Positions 1 through 7,942 of a stretch of DNA of 35,886 bases are shown here, in pieces; positions within the stretch are counted from its first letter, which is position 1, and each line of letters opens with the position of its first letter. The translations under genes were made by a program, and so were the position numbers. The stretch covers positions 1 to 35,886 of the forward strand of contig CAVVUN010000007.1 of assembly GCA_963751455.1 (NCBI GenBank). The letters are read 5' to 3'. The DNA is from Nitrospirota bacterium. Lineage in GTDB: Bacteria; Nitrospirota; UBA9217. Below the pieces are notes generated by a model that saw nothing but the letters and a program-made list of their open reading frames with translations, made no database searches and was not told where the DNA came from.

Positions 1-866
1 GGTGTTCAAGGTTGTCCCTGAGAAGGGTAACGTCGGTACCGGCTAACTGCATTCGCCGCGGTTCCCGGTCCACGAGCGTGTATCCCACTGTATTCAGTGT
101 CCTACCGCTTGCCAAAGAAAATCCGGTCGAAAAATTATCACGGCTTAATACACCATAAGATATCCTTGAAGCCGCCATAGAGTGACTATTGAACGGAATT
201 CCCCTCCTGCCCGTATAAAACGGCATCCCCGACCCGGTCGTAATGCTCGCGGAAATGTCACCCCACTCCAGATCTTTGCTTGTCCCGATACCCCAGTCTC
301 GGTCATAACCAAAACGCATTCCGAGCGTCGAAAGAAGATGGCCGTGGCTGTCGAGATACGACGACAGACCGAAGGCCGGCCCGTTGTGACCCAGCCATAC
401 AGAGCTCCACGGCGTCTTAACTTTTAAATAGGCATTGTACACCTGATGCTCAGTTTTATAGCCGTCGTGTTCAAACTCGGGCGCATCCGATCCGGATTTG
501 TATGCCGGTGCCTGATCTTCGGTTTTATGGCAGATGACTATTGGCTCCTGCGGCCCCTGTACCGATGCCGATGCGGAGGCACCGCTGCTGGTCCGTGCGA
601 TCTGAGTGAGCGCAAGCCGGTACTGAAGAGCGAAGACAGCAAAATCGCCGGAATCGCCGGAAAACCGCTGAAGGTAGTCAAAGCCCAGGCTCGGTTTCTG
701 CATCACGGAGTTACGGCTTGACGAGTACGGAATTGTTTTATCGAGCGCCGATGAATACCCGAAAATTTCCTGTGCTTCAAAATATAGCAGATGATCGTCT
801 GCCTGAGATGTCCGGCTCCATAAGAAAATACAAAGGCAGAAAAAAAGCCTGCCATGCCTGTTCATG

Positions 867-1325
867 TTAAACATCAAACCGGTGGCTGCCTCTGAAGATG
901 ACCTTTCCCGCTTTGGTCACGGTAACTCGTATTTCCCACTCTCCAGGCATCACGATACTGATCGGGAGAAGATAATCTTTATTTTTCGAGATCTGGAACG
1001 GGCGATCGCCCGTATCATGAGCCCCGCGCATCGAAGGCATTCCTGAATCGCCCATAATCTGCAGGGAAGTTTCTTTTTCGCCTGCCTTGTTAAAGACCTG
1101 CACTTTTAAAATTACCGTTCCCATTTTGGGTTTCTCGGCAAAGCTATAAAGCAGGTATGCGTCATTCCCTATCGATATTTTTTTGCCCGGCCCGGGCATT
1201 GAAACGAATTGGGACTGTTGTTTCGTTCCGGAATCGTCGCGGCCGGCTGCAGGGAGAGACACATTGAGAAGAGTAAACGAGGCAAAAATCGCAGCAATGG
1301 TGACACTTTTTTTACCAATAGTCAT
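867..1325 (-). CDS. Periplasmic YtkA/FixH-like Ig-fold protein, possible metal chaperone
   Basis: 152-aa ORF with signal peptide and AGGAGG RBS. It carries the MPSMRGAH and MPGEWEIRV motifs typical of YtkA/FixH-like proteins. Confidence 0.7.
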   Translation of the reverse strand: MTIGKKSVTIAAIFASFTLLNVSLPAAGRDDSGTKQQSQFVSMPGPGKKISIGNDAYLLYSFAEKPKMGTVILKVQVFNKAGEKETSLQIMGDSGMPSMRGAHDTGDRPFQISKNKDYLLPISIVMPGEWEIRVTVTKAGKVIFRGSHRFDV

Positions 1326-1457
1326 GATCTCCTCCTTACGTCTTCAGGCTATTAAGGTCGATCTTCGCGGAATGATTGTTACATGGAGCAGTGATGTTTG
1401 TCAAGTTCGGCAGGGGAAAGTCATGGTTTATATAACATCTATAATTTTAATTTTACA

Positions 1458-1487
1458 TTGACACCCTCGATTCGTTTATTGTATGGT
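1458..1487 (+). promoter_or_regulatory. Sigma70-type promoter for the leader ORF and downstream operon
   Basis: TTGACA (1458-1463), 18-nt spacer, TATGGT (1482-1487). The GTG start lies 6 nt downstream. Confidence 0.5.
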
Positions 1488-1493
1488 CATCGT

Positions 1494-1775
1494 GTGCGAC
1501 TTATTTCTCTTCTCATTATTATGGTCATCGGTCTTTCCATAATCACGACCGGAGGATCATTCACGACTTATACAGCGGGAGAAGTCTCCCTCAACGCGCT
1601 CGACGTCTGCCACTCTTCTCCGGTTGCAACAACCTCTGACTTGCCATATATTTCCTCTGAATTCGGTCTCGTCATTCCCCTTGAAAAAGCATTTACTGCC
1701 GCAGCATTCGACCTTGACGATAAAACGTCCATCCTCTGCTTTGACGTTGAACGTCCCCCTGCATCTCTTTCTTAA
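1494..1775 (+). CDS. Small leader protein (93 aa): hydrophobic N-terminus, LDVCH, C-terminal ERPP; DUF2946/CruR-like arrest-peptide candidate
   Basis: In-frame GTG at 1494 within track ORF 1398-1775. Reads MRLISLLIIMVIGLSII...LDVCH...CFDVERPPASLS and lies directly upstream of an outer-membrane protein operon. Confidence 0.6.
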   Translation: MRLISLLIIMVIGLSIITTGGSFTTYTAGEVSLNALDVCHSSPVATTSDLPYISSEFGLVIPLEKAFTAAAFDLDDKTSILCFDVERPPASLS

Positions 1776-1870
1776 TCTCCTCGAACAATAACCTTTTTAC
1801 TGAGAAGTGCGGCAGAGCTGCGTTTTCTGCCCGTGTGTGACGTGCGGATGCTTTGCCGCAGACTTCCCCT

Positions 1871-1907
1871 CCGTTCACCCTGAGCCTGTCGAAGGTGAAG
1901 TGAACGG
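1871..1907. repeat. REP-like palindromic unit (CCGTTCACCCTGAGCCTGTCGAAGG type)
   Basis: CCGTTCAC...GTGAACGG inverted ends enclosing CCTGAGCCTGTCGAAGG, a widespread intergenic repeat core. Confidence 0.5.
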
Positions 1908-1973
1908 CGGCACTTCGGGAACTCTCTGCAACTGTTTTATGCTCCTGGCAATAAGAATATTGGAGATTAGAAA

Positions 1974-3011
1974 ATGAGATTTATTACAAGTGTCTCGTTG
2001 CTTACATTCTGTTTCTGTTCTTCCATCAGCACTGCCCACGCGTCCGGGCTTTGTTGTCAGTTATCAAGCGGGGTCCAGGAGAGTCTGTCAGGAGTAGCCG
2101 CTCCCGGGACTGAAGAGCTTTCGGTGCAGTTTAATTACAGCTTCAGCCGGATGGACCGTTTTATGGAAGGCGCGTCAAGCCGGTCGGTTGATGAAGCAGC
2201 GACGTACCGGAAGCAGGATGGAACAACGTACACTTCTTTACCGCTCTCGATGGACATGATCAGGTATACGTTGACAGCCGGGTATGGTTTTACCTCAAGG
2301 CTTAAGGCCTTTGTCTCCGTCCCCTACATCAGGAATACCATGGACATGACATCGAGCAACGGTATGATGCTTGGCTGGACGGACATGACCATGCCATCGA
2401 CATCCGGTCCGGGTGATGCAACCGTTATGGGGTTATATCGTCTCTACACAGACCGGGAAATCCGGCCGAGCGACGCGATAACCATCGGGCTGGGAATAAA
2501 AACACCCACAGGTTCTTCAACGGAACGAACTGCCGGAGGGAAGTTGATTCATGCGCATATGCAGCCAGGCACCGGCTCCTGGGATCCGTTGGTATCACTC
2601 ATCTATACGAAAATGTGGAATTCCCTTCTATTCCAGGCTGATGGAACATATCAACTCGCTACCAGAAACATTGAGGGCTACAAGTTCGGTAATTCCCTTG
2701 CTTTGAACGCCGCGGGCACCTACTCAGTATCCAGGGAATTTAATCTGACTCTGGGCCTCACCGGTCTCACGACGGGCAAGGCGAGCGACAGGAACGGGCG
2801 TTATTACGACCCGGTTTTGAACAGCAGTCTCATGGATGACCCTGCGAATACGGGGGGGAACAGCATCTGGCTCTCTTCAGGCGTTCAGGTCCTTCCGTTC
2901 GCAGGCGTATCGTTCGACATGAAGATCCAAGTGCCGGTATGGGAAAGGGTAAATGGCATCCAGCTTGTATCGACCTGGCTGGCTCTTGCCGGAGTCTCGT
3001 ACCGTTTCTAA
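1974..3011 (+). CDS. Outer-membrane beta-barrel 'transporter' family protein (MetA-pathway/porin-like) with Cys/Met/His motifs
   Basis: Signal peptide, N-terminal SGLCCQ, Met-rich loop (MDMTSSNGMMLGWTDMTM), IKTPTG and HAHMQPGTGSWD motifs, and C-terminal aromatic barrel signal VSYRF. Confidence 0.75.
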   Translation: MRFITSVSLLTFCFCSSISTAHASGLCCQLSSGVQESLSGVAAPGTEELSVQFNYSFSRMDRFMEGASSRSVDEAATYRKQDGTTYTSLPLSMDMIRYTLTAGYGFTSRLKAFVSVPYIRNTMDMTSSNGMMLGWTDMTMPSTSGPGDATVMGLYRLYTDREIRPSDAITIGLGIKTPTGSSTERTAGGKLIHAHMQPGTGSWDPLVSLIYTKMWNSLLFQADGTYQLATRNIEGYKFGNSLALNAAGTYSVSREFNLTLGLTGLTTGKASDRNGRYYDPVLNSSLMDDPANTGGNSIWLSSGVQVLPFAGVSFDMKIQVPVWERVNGIQLVSTWLALAGVSYRF

Positions 3012-3026
3012 AAAAAGGAGAAATGT

Positions 3027-4412
3027 ATGACGAGAATAATTGCGTTATTTACGACGCTGTCCATTGTGTGCCTTGCGCTATCGGGCTGCAGCAAATCGAA
3101 TTCAGGCGCCGGTCAGGCGAGCCTCAATCTGGCGGGCAGCAAGCAAGGCCAGGCCGTCGGATTCGCGGACGTGGACGGAGACGGCATTACAGACAAGCTG
3201 GTGGGCGCTCCCTATGCATCTGCAATATCAGGCCAGACGACAGGAGCGCTCCTGGTCTACAAGGGCAATACATCTGGCTACAGCTCAATTCCGTACCTGG
3301 TTTTGACGGGCGGTGATAATTTCGGCTATTCCGCTGCCGGCCTTGGCGACGTTGACGGAGACGAAATAGAGGACTTCGCAGTCGGCGCTATTCACGGGGA
3401 CGGGACAGAGGTATCGCTCAGCGGGAATGTCACCGTTTTCAAGGGTGGAAGCAACGGCCAGATAATAAAAACCGTGTCGGGTGAAGGACCGATGGATAAA
3501 TTCGGCGTTTCTGTTGCAGGGGGTGACCTGAACGCTGACGGGATCACGGATCTCATCGTGGGCGCCCCGTTCAACACGAATGATCCCGCGCTTTACCAGA
3601 GCGGAGCAGTATGTGTTTTCCTGAGCGCAAGCGGCAGCCAGGCTTTTACGAACCCGGTAAAGCTTTATGCCTCTTCAACAAATAAATCCATCGGATCGGT
3701 TGTCGCGTCAGGAGATGTGAATGGTGACGGCGCGGCAGACCTGCTGTTTTCGGCAAGCGGCAAAGTCCTCGTCTATTTCGGTGGTTCATCATTCACCCCG
3801 TCCATCGATTCGCCGAACATCACGATTAAAAGCAGCGCCTCCGGGTTCGGCAAAGCGATCGCCGTGATCGGGGACATCGATGGAGACGCAGTGCAGGAAA
3901 TCGCAATCGGCGCGCCGGGTGCCGCGATCAACACGGGGAGCGTCTATATCGTCAAAGGTTCGGCAACGGGGACCGTGAATCTCGATTCGGCGCCCGCAAC
4001 GCTCATGGTCCGGATCGACGGAGGAGGGATTTTCAACCGGTTCGGAGCTTCGATCGCGGCGCTGAACGATATCGACGCTGACGGAAAGCGCGATTTTGCC
4101 GTCGGCGCCCCGATGGCGGATGTTACCTCGGGCACCGGTCAGAACGTCCTCAGCGGCAAGGCTTATGTTTTCAAGGGCAAGGATATTACCTCATCAGCCA
4201 CCCTTGCCAGCGGCACAGCATTTAGCGGCAAGGTCAAGGACCAAGCCTACGGCGCGTCTCTCGCAGCTACGGCAAGCGGACAACTCGCAATAGGGGCGCC
4301 CCGCTCAAATGCCGACACGGGCGGTGTGGACATGGTCGATGCGGCGACTGGTGAGGCTGTTTCCGGAGGAAGCAGCGGCGGTTCAACAGGCGGCAGCGGT
4401 GACTGCCATTGA
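3027..4412 (+). CDS. FG-GAP (integrin-alpha beta-propeller) repeat lipoprotein
   Basis: Lipobox LSGC. Repeated FG...GDxxGDGxxDxxVGAP units. Gly/Ser tail ending GDCH. GGAG RBS. Confidence 0.9.
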   Translation: MTRIIALFTTLSIVCLALSGCSKSNSGAGQASLNLAGSKQGQAVGFADVDGDGITDKLVGAPYASAISGQTTGALLVYKGNTSGYSSIPYLVLTGGDNFGYSAAGLGDVDGDEIEDFAVGAIHGDGTEVSLSGNVTVFKGGSNGQIIKTVSGEGPMDKFGVSVAGGDLNADGITDLIVGAPFNTNDPALYQSGAVCVFLSASGSQAFTNPVKLYASSTNKSIGSVVASGDVNGDGAADLLFSASGKVLVYFGGSSFTPSIDSPNITIKSSASGFGKAIAVIGDIDGDAVQEIAIGAPGAAINTGSVYIVKGSATGTVNLDSAPATLMVRIDGGGIFNRFGASIAALNDIDADGKRDFAVGAPMADVTSGTGQNVLSGKAYVFKGKDITSSATLASGTAFSGKVKDQAYGASLAATASGQLAIGAPRSNADTGGVDMVDAATGEAVSGGSSGGSTGGSGDCH

Positions 4413-4431
4413 TCTTGAAAGCAGCAATTGG

Positions 4432-4549
4432 AACCACAGATAAACGCAGATGAAATGCAAATTGATCAGCAGCATGACTTCAGGATTTTATCTGACTGGC
4501 CATACAGTTTTTTGATTTACGTCTCAAATATCTGTGTTCATCTGTGGTT
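4432..4549. repeat. Intergenic inverted repeat element
   Basis: AACCACAGATAAACGCAGAT (4432-4451) and ATCTGTGTTCATCTGTGGTT (4530-4549) are 18/20 complementary. Confidence 0.75.
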
Positions 4550-4581
4550 ACTACTTTTAAAATAAACAGGAGGCATTTGTC

Positions 4582-5685
4582 ATGACAAAATTAATAGCCT
4601 TTTCAATAATCGCATTCATCGGGCTGGCCTCAATCGGCTACCTCTATGGAGAAACCCTTACCTATAATGCGACGTTTAATGCGGACGGTATGAAATATCA
4701 GCCCGCCCCGACCGGACATATCCCTGGCAAGGACAACGGGGCCGGCACGGGTCTTCACAATGCGGGCGAGGACTGCGGCATGTGCCATACGCCGAACGGC
4801 AAGGCCGGAAATTACGCGTTCACAGTCGGGGGCACGATTTACGAGGACCGGGCGGCCAGGCGAACGCTAAAGGGCGCCGAAGTCATTCTCCAGGATATCA
4901 GCGGCAAGGTCATCAGCATGACCACCAACGAGGCGGGCAACTTCTGGACCTATACCCCGCTCGCGGGCAACTCCTACGCGGTCTCAAGTCACAGCGGTAT
5001 GACCGACATTCTCTACACCGTGAATGGAGACGGCTCGGTGACGCCTGCGGACACGGCCTTACCCATGACTTGGGAATACAAGGCGTGGGTAAAAAACCCG
5101 GATGGAACAGTTCGCCACATGGTCACGATCGCACCGATCGGAGGCATGAGCGCTCCAAGAATGGGCTGCAACATGCACCATTCCGCGTTCGGGACGACCG
5201 GAGCCGCGTGGGCTACGCGAAAGAGTACTGTAGCAAGTTATCCTGCGTCGGGCTTGAGTTTCGGGAAGCATATTCTCCCCGTATTCAAGGCCAAGTGCGC
5301 ACCCTGCCATGTTCCCGGCGCCACCAAGACGAGACTCGCAACCATAAGCGATGTGCTGACGAGCTCAACCAATACCAGCACGCTCGCACTTACGAACAGT
5401 TCAATAACATCGATCGATTACAGCGGGGGGATTGATTTCCAGTCCTATGACGGTTCGACTGTAGCGGCGCTTGTAAGCGGGGTCACAACAACGATTACGA
5501 AGACAGGGATAAAAGCGCTCACCCTCCCCTATCAGTCGAATCCCGATGCCAGTCCGGTCCTTTCCAAGACGCTGATACAACCGGCCGGTGTTTGCATTCA
5601 TCCCGGCGGCACTTTCTGGACGGCCGAGGATCCGGATTACAAGGCCATCCGTGCATGGATCTCCGAAGGAGCTCAGAATAACTGA
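4582..5685 (+). CDS. Secreted c-type cytochrome (2 canonical CxxCH plus one CxxHH variant)
   Basis: N-terminal signal/anchor, HNAGEDCGMCH, CNMHH, CAPCH and C-terminal IRAWISEGA. AGGAGG RBS. Confidence 0.85.
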   Translation: MTKLIAFSIIAFIGLASIGYLYGETLTYNATFNADGMKYQPAPTGHIPGKDNGAGTGLHNAGEDCGMCHTPNGKAGNYAFTVGGTIYEDRAARRTLKGAEVILQDISGKVISMTTNEAGNFWTYTPLAGNSYAVSSHSGMTDILYTVNGDGSVTPADTALPMTWEYKAWVKNPDGTVRHMVTIAPIGGMSAPRMGCNMHHSAFGTTGAAWATRKSTVASYPASGLSFGKHILPVFKAKCAPCHVPGATKTRLATISDVLTSSTNTSTLALTNSSITSIDYSGGIDFQSYDGSTVAALVSGVTTTITKTGIKALTLPYQSNPDASPVLSKTLIQPAGVCIHPGGTFWTAEDPDYKAIRAWISEGAQNN

Positions 5686-5738
5686 AGGACCGGCTTTTTG
5701 TTCTTGTCGAACATGAAAATCCGGGATAATATTGCGGT

Positions 5739-6188
5739 ATGAACAACCAGCGGATAAATGTTTCATCAACCGTTCTGCTTCTTTTCTTTCTGCTTATAAC
5801 ACTCGTTTCCTGCTCGCGTCAGGCCGTTTACCCGGGGCCTGACGTGAGAGGAACGAATGTTGTTATCGATCTTTCCGTGCTGCAGCCGGAACTCCCGAAG
5901 TTCTATACATACACATTTCAGGGCAAGAAAATCAATTTTTTCACGATTCTTTTGAACGGCAAAGCAGTTTCCTTTCTCGACGCCTGCACGAGCTGCTATG
6001 CGCAAAAACGCGGCTATAAATACGATAACGGCACGGTAGTCTGCAGAGACTGCAATATGACATTTTCAGTTTACAAACTTGAAAAAGGCCTGGGCGGCTG
6101 CTATCCAATCAAAATAGAAGGCAGAACTGATAAAGGAAAATATATTATTGCCCTGACCGCGCTTCAAAGTGCAGTAAAGCGATTCTGA
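5739..6188 (+). CDS. DUF2318 / Fe-S-containing membrane (lipo)protein
   Basis: DACTSCY...GY...VCRDC...GGCYPI Cys pattern characteristic of DUF2318. Hydrophobic N-terminus with a possible lipobox (LVSC). Confidence 0.85.
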   Translation: MNNQRINVSSTVLLLFFLLITLVSCSRQAVYPGPDVRGTNVVIDLSVLQPELPKFYTYTFQGKKINFFTILLNGKAVSFLDACTSCYAQKRGYKYDNGTVVCRDCNMTFSVYKLEKGLGGCYPIKIEGRTDKGKYIIALTALQSAVKRF

Positions 6189-6488
6189 CGAGCCCAGCAC
6201 TTCTTATCTCTTCTCCGAAATGTCATCAGAGCCCCATGTCCCGTGAACGGCTTGCTGACGGAGCTTCAATAATCCGCTATACTGAAAACATGATTTTCTT
6301 GTAATTCTTAATTCTTTGCCAGAGGAAGCACGAGGACCGGTTTAAGGGTTTCATATCTTCTGTTCGTAAGCAAGGAAGGGAGGTGACACGGGGCTGAACT
6401 GATATTTAATTCAATGTTCTGAAACATCAATTAATAAACAGGTCGATTATCAGAAGTAAGAGAATCAGCAACTAACGAGGAGGTCACA

Positions 6489-7727
6489 ATGAAGGTTCTC
6501 AGTACATGTTTACTTCTGTTTCTCGCTGCACTGCCCTTGACGGCTGTGGGGGCCGAAAAGGCCAAGACCATCGATCAACTTGCAGCGATGTACGATTCAT
6601 CAAGTTGCAAAAAGTGCCATGCCGAGATTTACTCGCAATGGGAAAAATCGCACCATGCAAGGCCGCTGATGGGCGTAAAGGGCGGATTGATGCTTACGCC
6701 GCTAGCAAAAAAAGGTGGCACGGCTTTTTCTCCTGACGATCCCAAAAAAGCGACTATCGCGAATTATCCGTGTTTCAAGTGTCATCTTCCCCACGCTATC
6801 ATCTCTGCTGAGGATTCGGTGGCAGTCGAGCTTACCGAAGCCCTGCTGGTAGCCGCGGATGAAAAGGCTTCCGACAAGGCAAAAACTGACGCAAAAGCAA
6901 AAGTTGCGAAGCTTCAGATCACCTGCGTTGTCTGCCATAACACCAAGGCTATTATTCACAAACGGGAGCTCGGAGAACCTGAGAAAGGCGTGCTCTACGG
7001 CAAAAAGGACGTTGCGTCGCACCCGGACAAGACCTTCACCTCCGTAAAAAAGAGCGCCATTATGACGGATTCAGTGTACTGCGGACAATGCCACGGTTTG
7101 GGCCCGAATTTCGAGTTCGACCAGCCGTTCCAGTGCGCTAATCTCTATGGAAATTATCTCCACTCGTATATCCCTTCAGGAGGCACGCAGTCATGCCAGG
7201 ATTGTCATATGGCAAAGGGAGATCACGTTATCGCGCCCAATTTCAATGACGATAAGCAGACGTCGGAACTTCTGGCAAAGGCAATTAACCTCGATGTTCA
7301 GACATTGGGGTATGAGTGGTTGAGAAAAGCCGGAGATCTACACCCGAAACTCGTGGTCAATACCACGATAACGACAAGCGCCGGCCACCGCATTCCTGAC
7401 GGCTGACCGTCCCACAACAGAGTGGTCATGGTCGTGACCGCAAAATCTCCAGACGGCAAGGAAATCGCAAAAGCAGAAAGACATTATCATCCCCAGGCAA
7501 CGAACTGCAGAGATACAAAGATGAAGTACGGCGCTCAGTGGAAGGTGGCCAATATCCGGGACACGAGCCTTCAGCCCAGACAAGCCAAAAAAGAGAGCTT
7601 CGAGTTTGATTTACCGAAAGATGTGAGAACGGTAGATGTGACAGTCGATCTGTCATATGAAGCCTCAAAGCCGGACAATAAGTACCCGATCCACACGATT
7701 ACAAGAAAAGTGTCACTTGACCGATAG
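6489..7727 (+). CDS. extKL: Pentaheme c-type cytochrome selenoprotein, ExtKL-like (412 aa, Sec at codon 306)
   Basis: Track ORFs 6489-7406 and 7422-7727 are in the same frame, separated only by TGA 7404-7406, and read GHRIPDG-U-PSHNRVV. Five CxxCH motifs (CKKCH, CFKCH, CVVCH, CGQCH, CQDCH). Signal peptide. SECIS-like hairpin downstream of the UGA. Confidence 0.9.
7422..7441 (+). promoter_or_regulatory. Bacterial SECIS-like hairpin
   Basis: GTGGTCAT-GGTC-GTGACCGC: an 8-bp stem with two G-U pairs and a G-starting 4-nt loop. The loop begins 24 nt after the UGA. Confidence 0.75.
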
Positions 7728-7737
7728 TCGCGCTAAA

Positions 7738-7766
7738 AGCAACGGGGGCTGCATGCCCCCGTTGTT
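7738..7766. terminator. Intrinsic terminator between convergent genes, probably bidirectional
   Basis: AGCAACGGGGGC-TGCAT-GCCCCCGTTGTT stem, flanked by AAAA and TTATT. Confidence 0.75.
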
Positions 7767-7789
7767 ATTGAGACTGATAAAACGCAACA

Positions 7790-7942
7790 CCTCTTGATAA
7801 TTTCGGTAAGAAGGCCGTTCTCTCCGTAAAGAATGCCGAGCTGACAGCGGGTCGATGTGTCGTTCGGTTTTTTCTTGAGCGTCTTAAGGTATTCGGCGGG
7901 AAAGTTCGGGATTCGCTGTTTCTCAAGAGATGCCAAGTCGAC
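7790..7942 (-). pseudogene. Out-of-frame, truncated C-terminal (TPR-like) continuation of the NHL protein
   Basis: After the A7 run (7943-7949) a different frame reads VDLASLEKQR...KKKPNDTSTRCQLGILYGENGL, which looks like the start of a TPR. Confidence 0.55.

Noticed and set aside
2-46. Possible 3' end of an upstream CDS (VFKVVPEKGNVGTG*)
   Set aside because: Too short to support or identify.
182-721. Short ORFs 182-427 and 446-721, and a CGPC thioredoxin-like motif in another frame near 550
   Set aside because: No RBS or recognisable family. The CGPC lacks the surrounding thioredoxin sequence, so it could be chance or heavily decayed DNA.
4410-5685. Sec read-through at the TGA stops of the FG-GAP and cytochrome genes
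   Set aside because: No convincing SECIS or coding continuation. The downstream sequence is intergenic repeat or spacer.
7422-7727. Separate 101-aa gene as given in the ORF track
   Set aside because: It has no RBS and is in frame with the upstream ORF. It is better explained as the post-Sec part of one protein.
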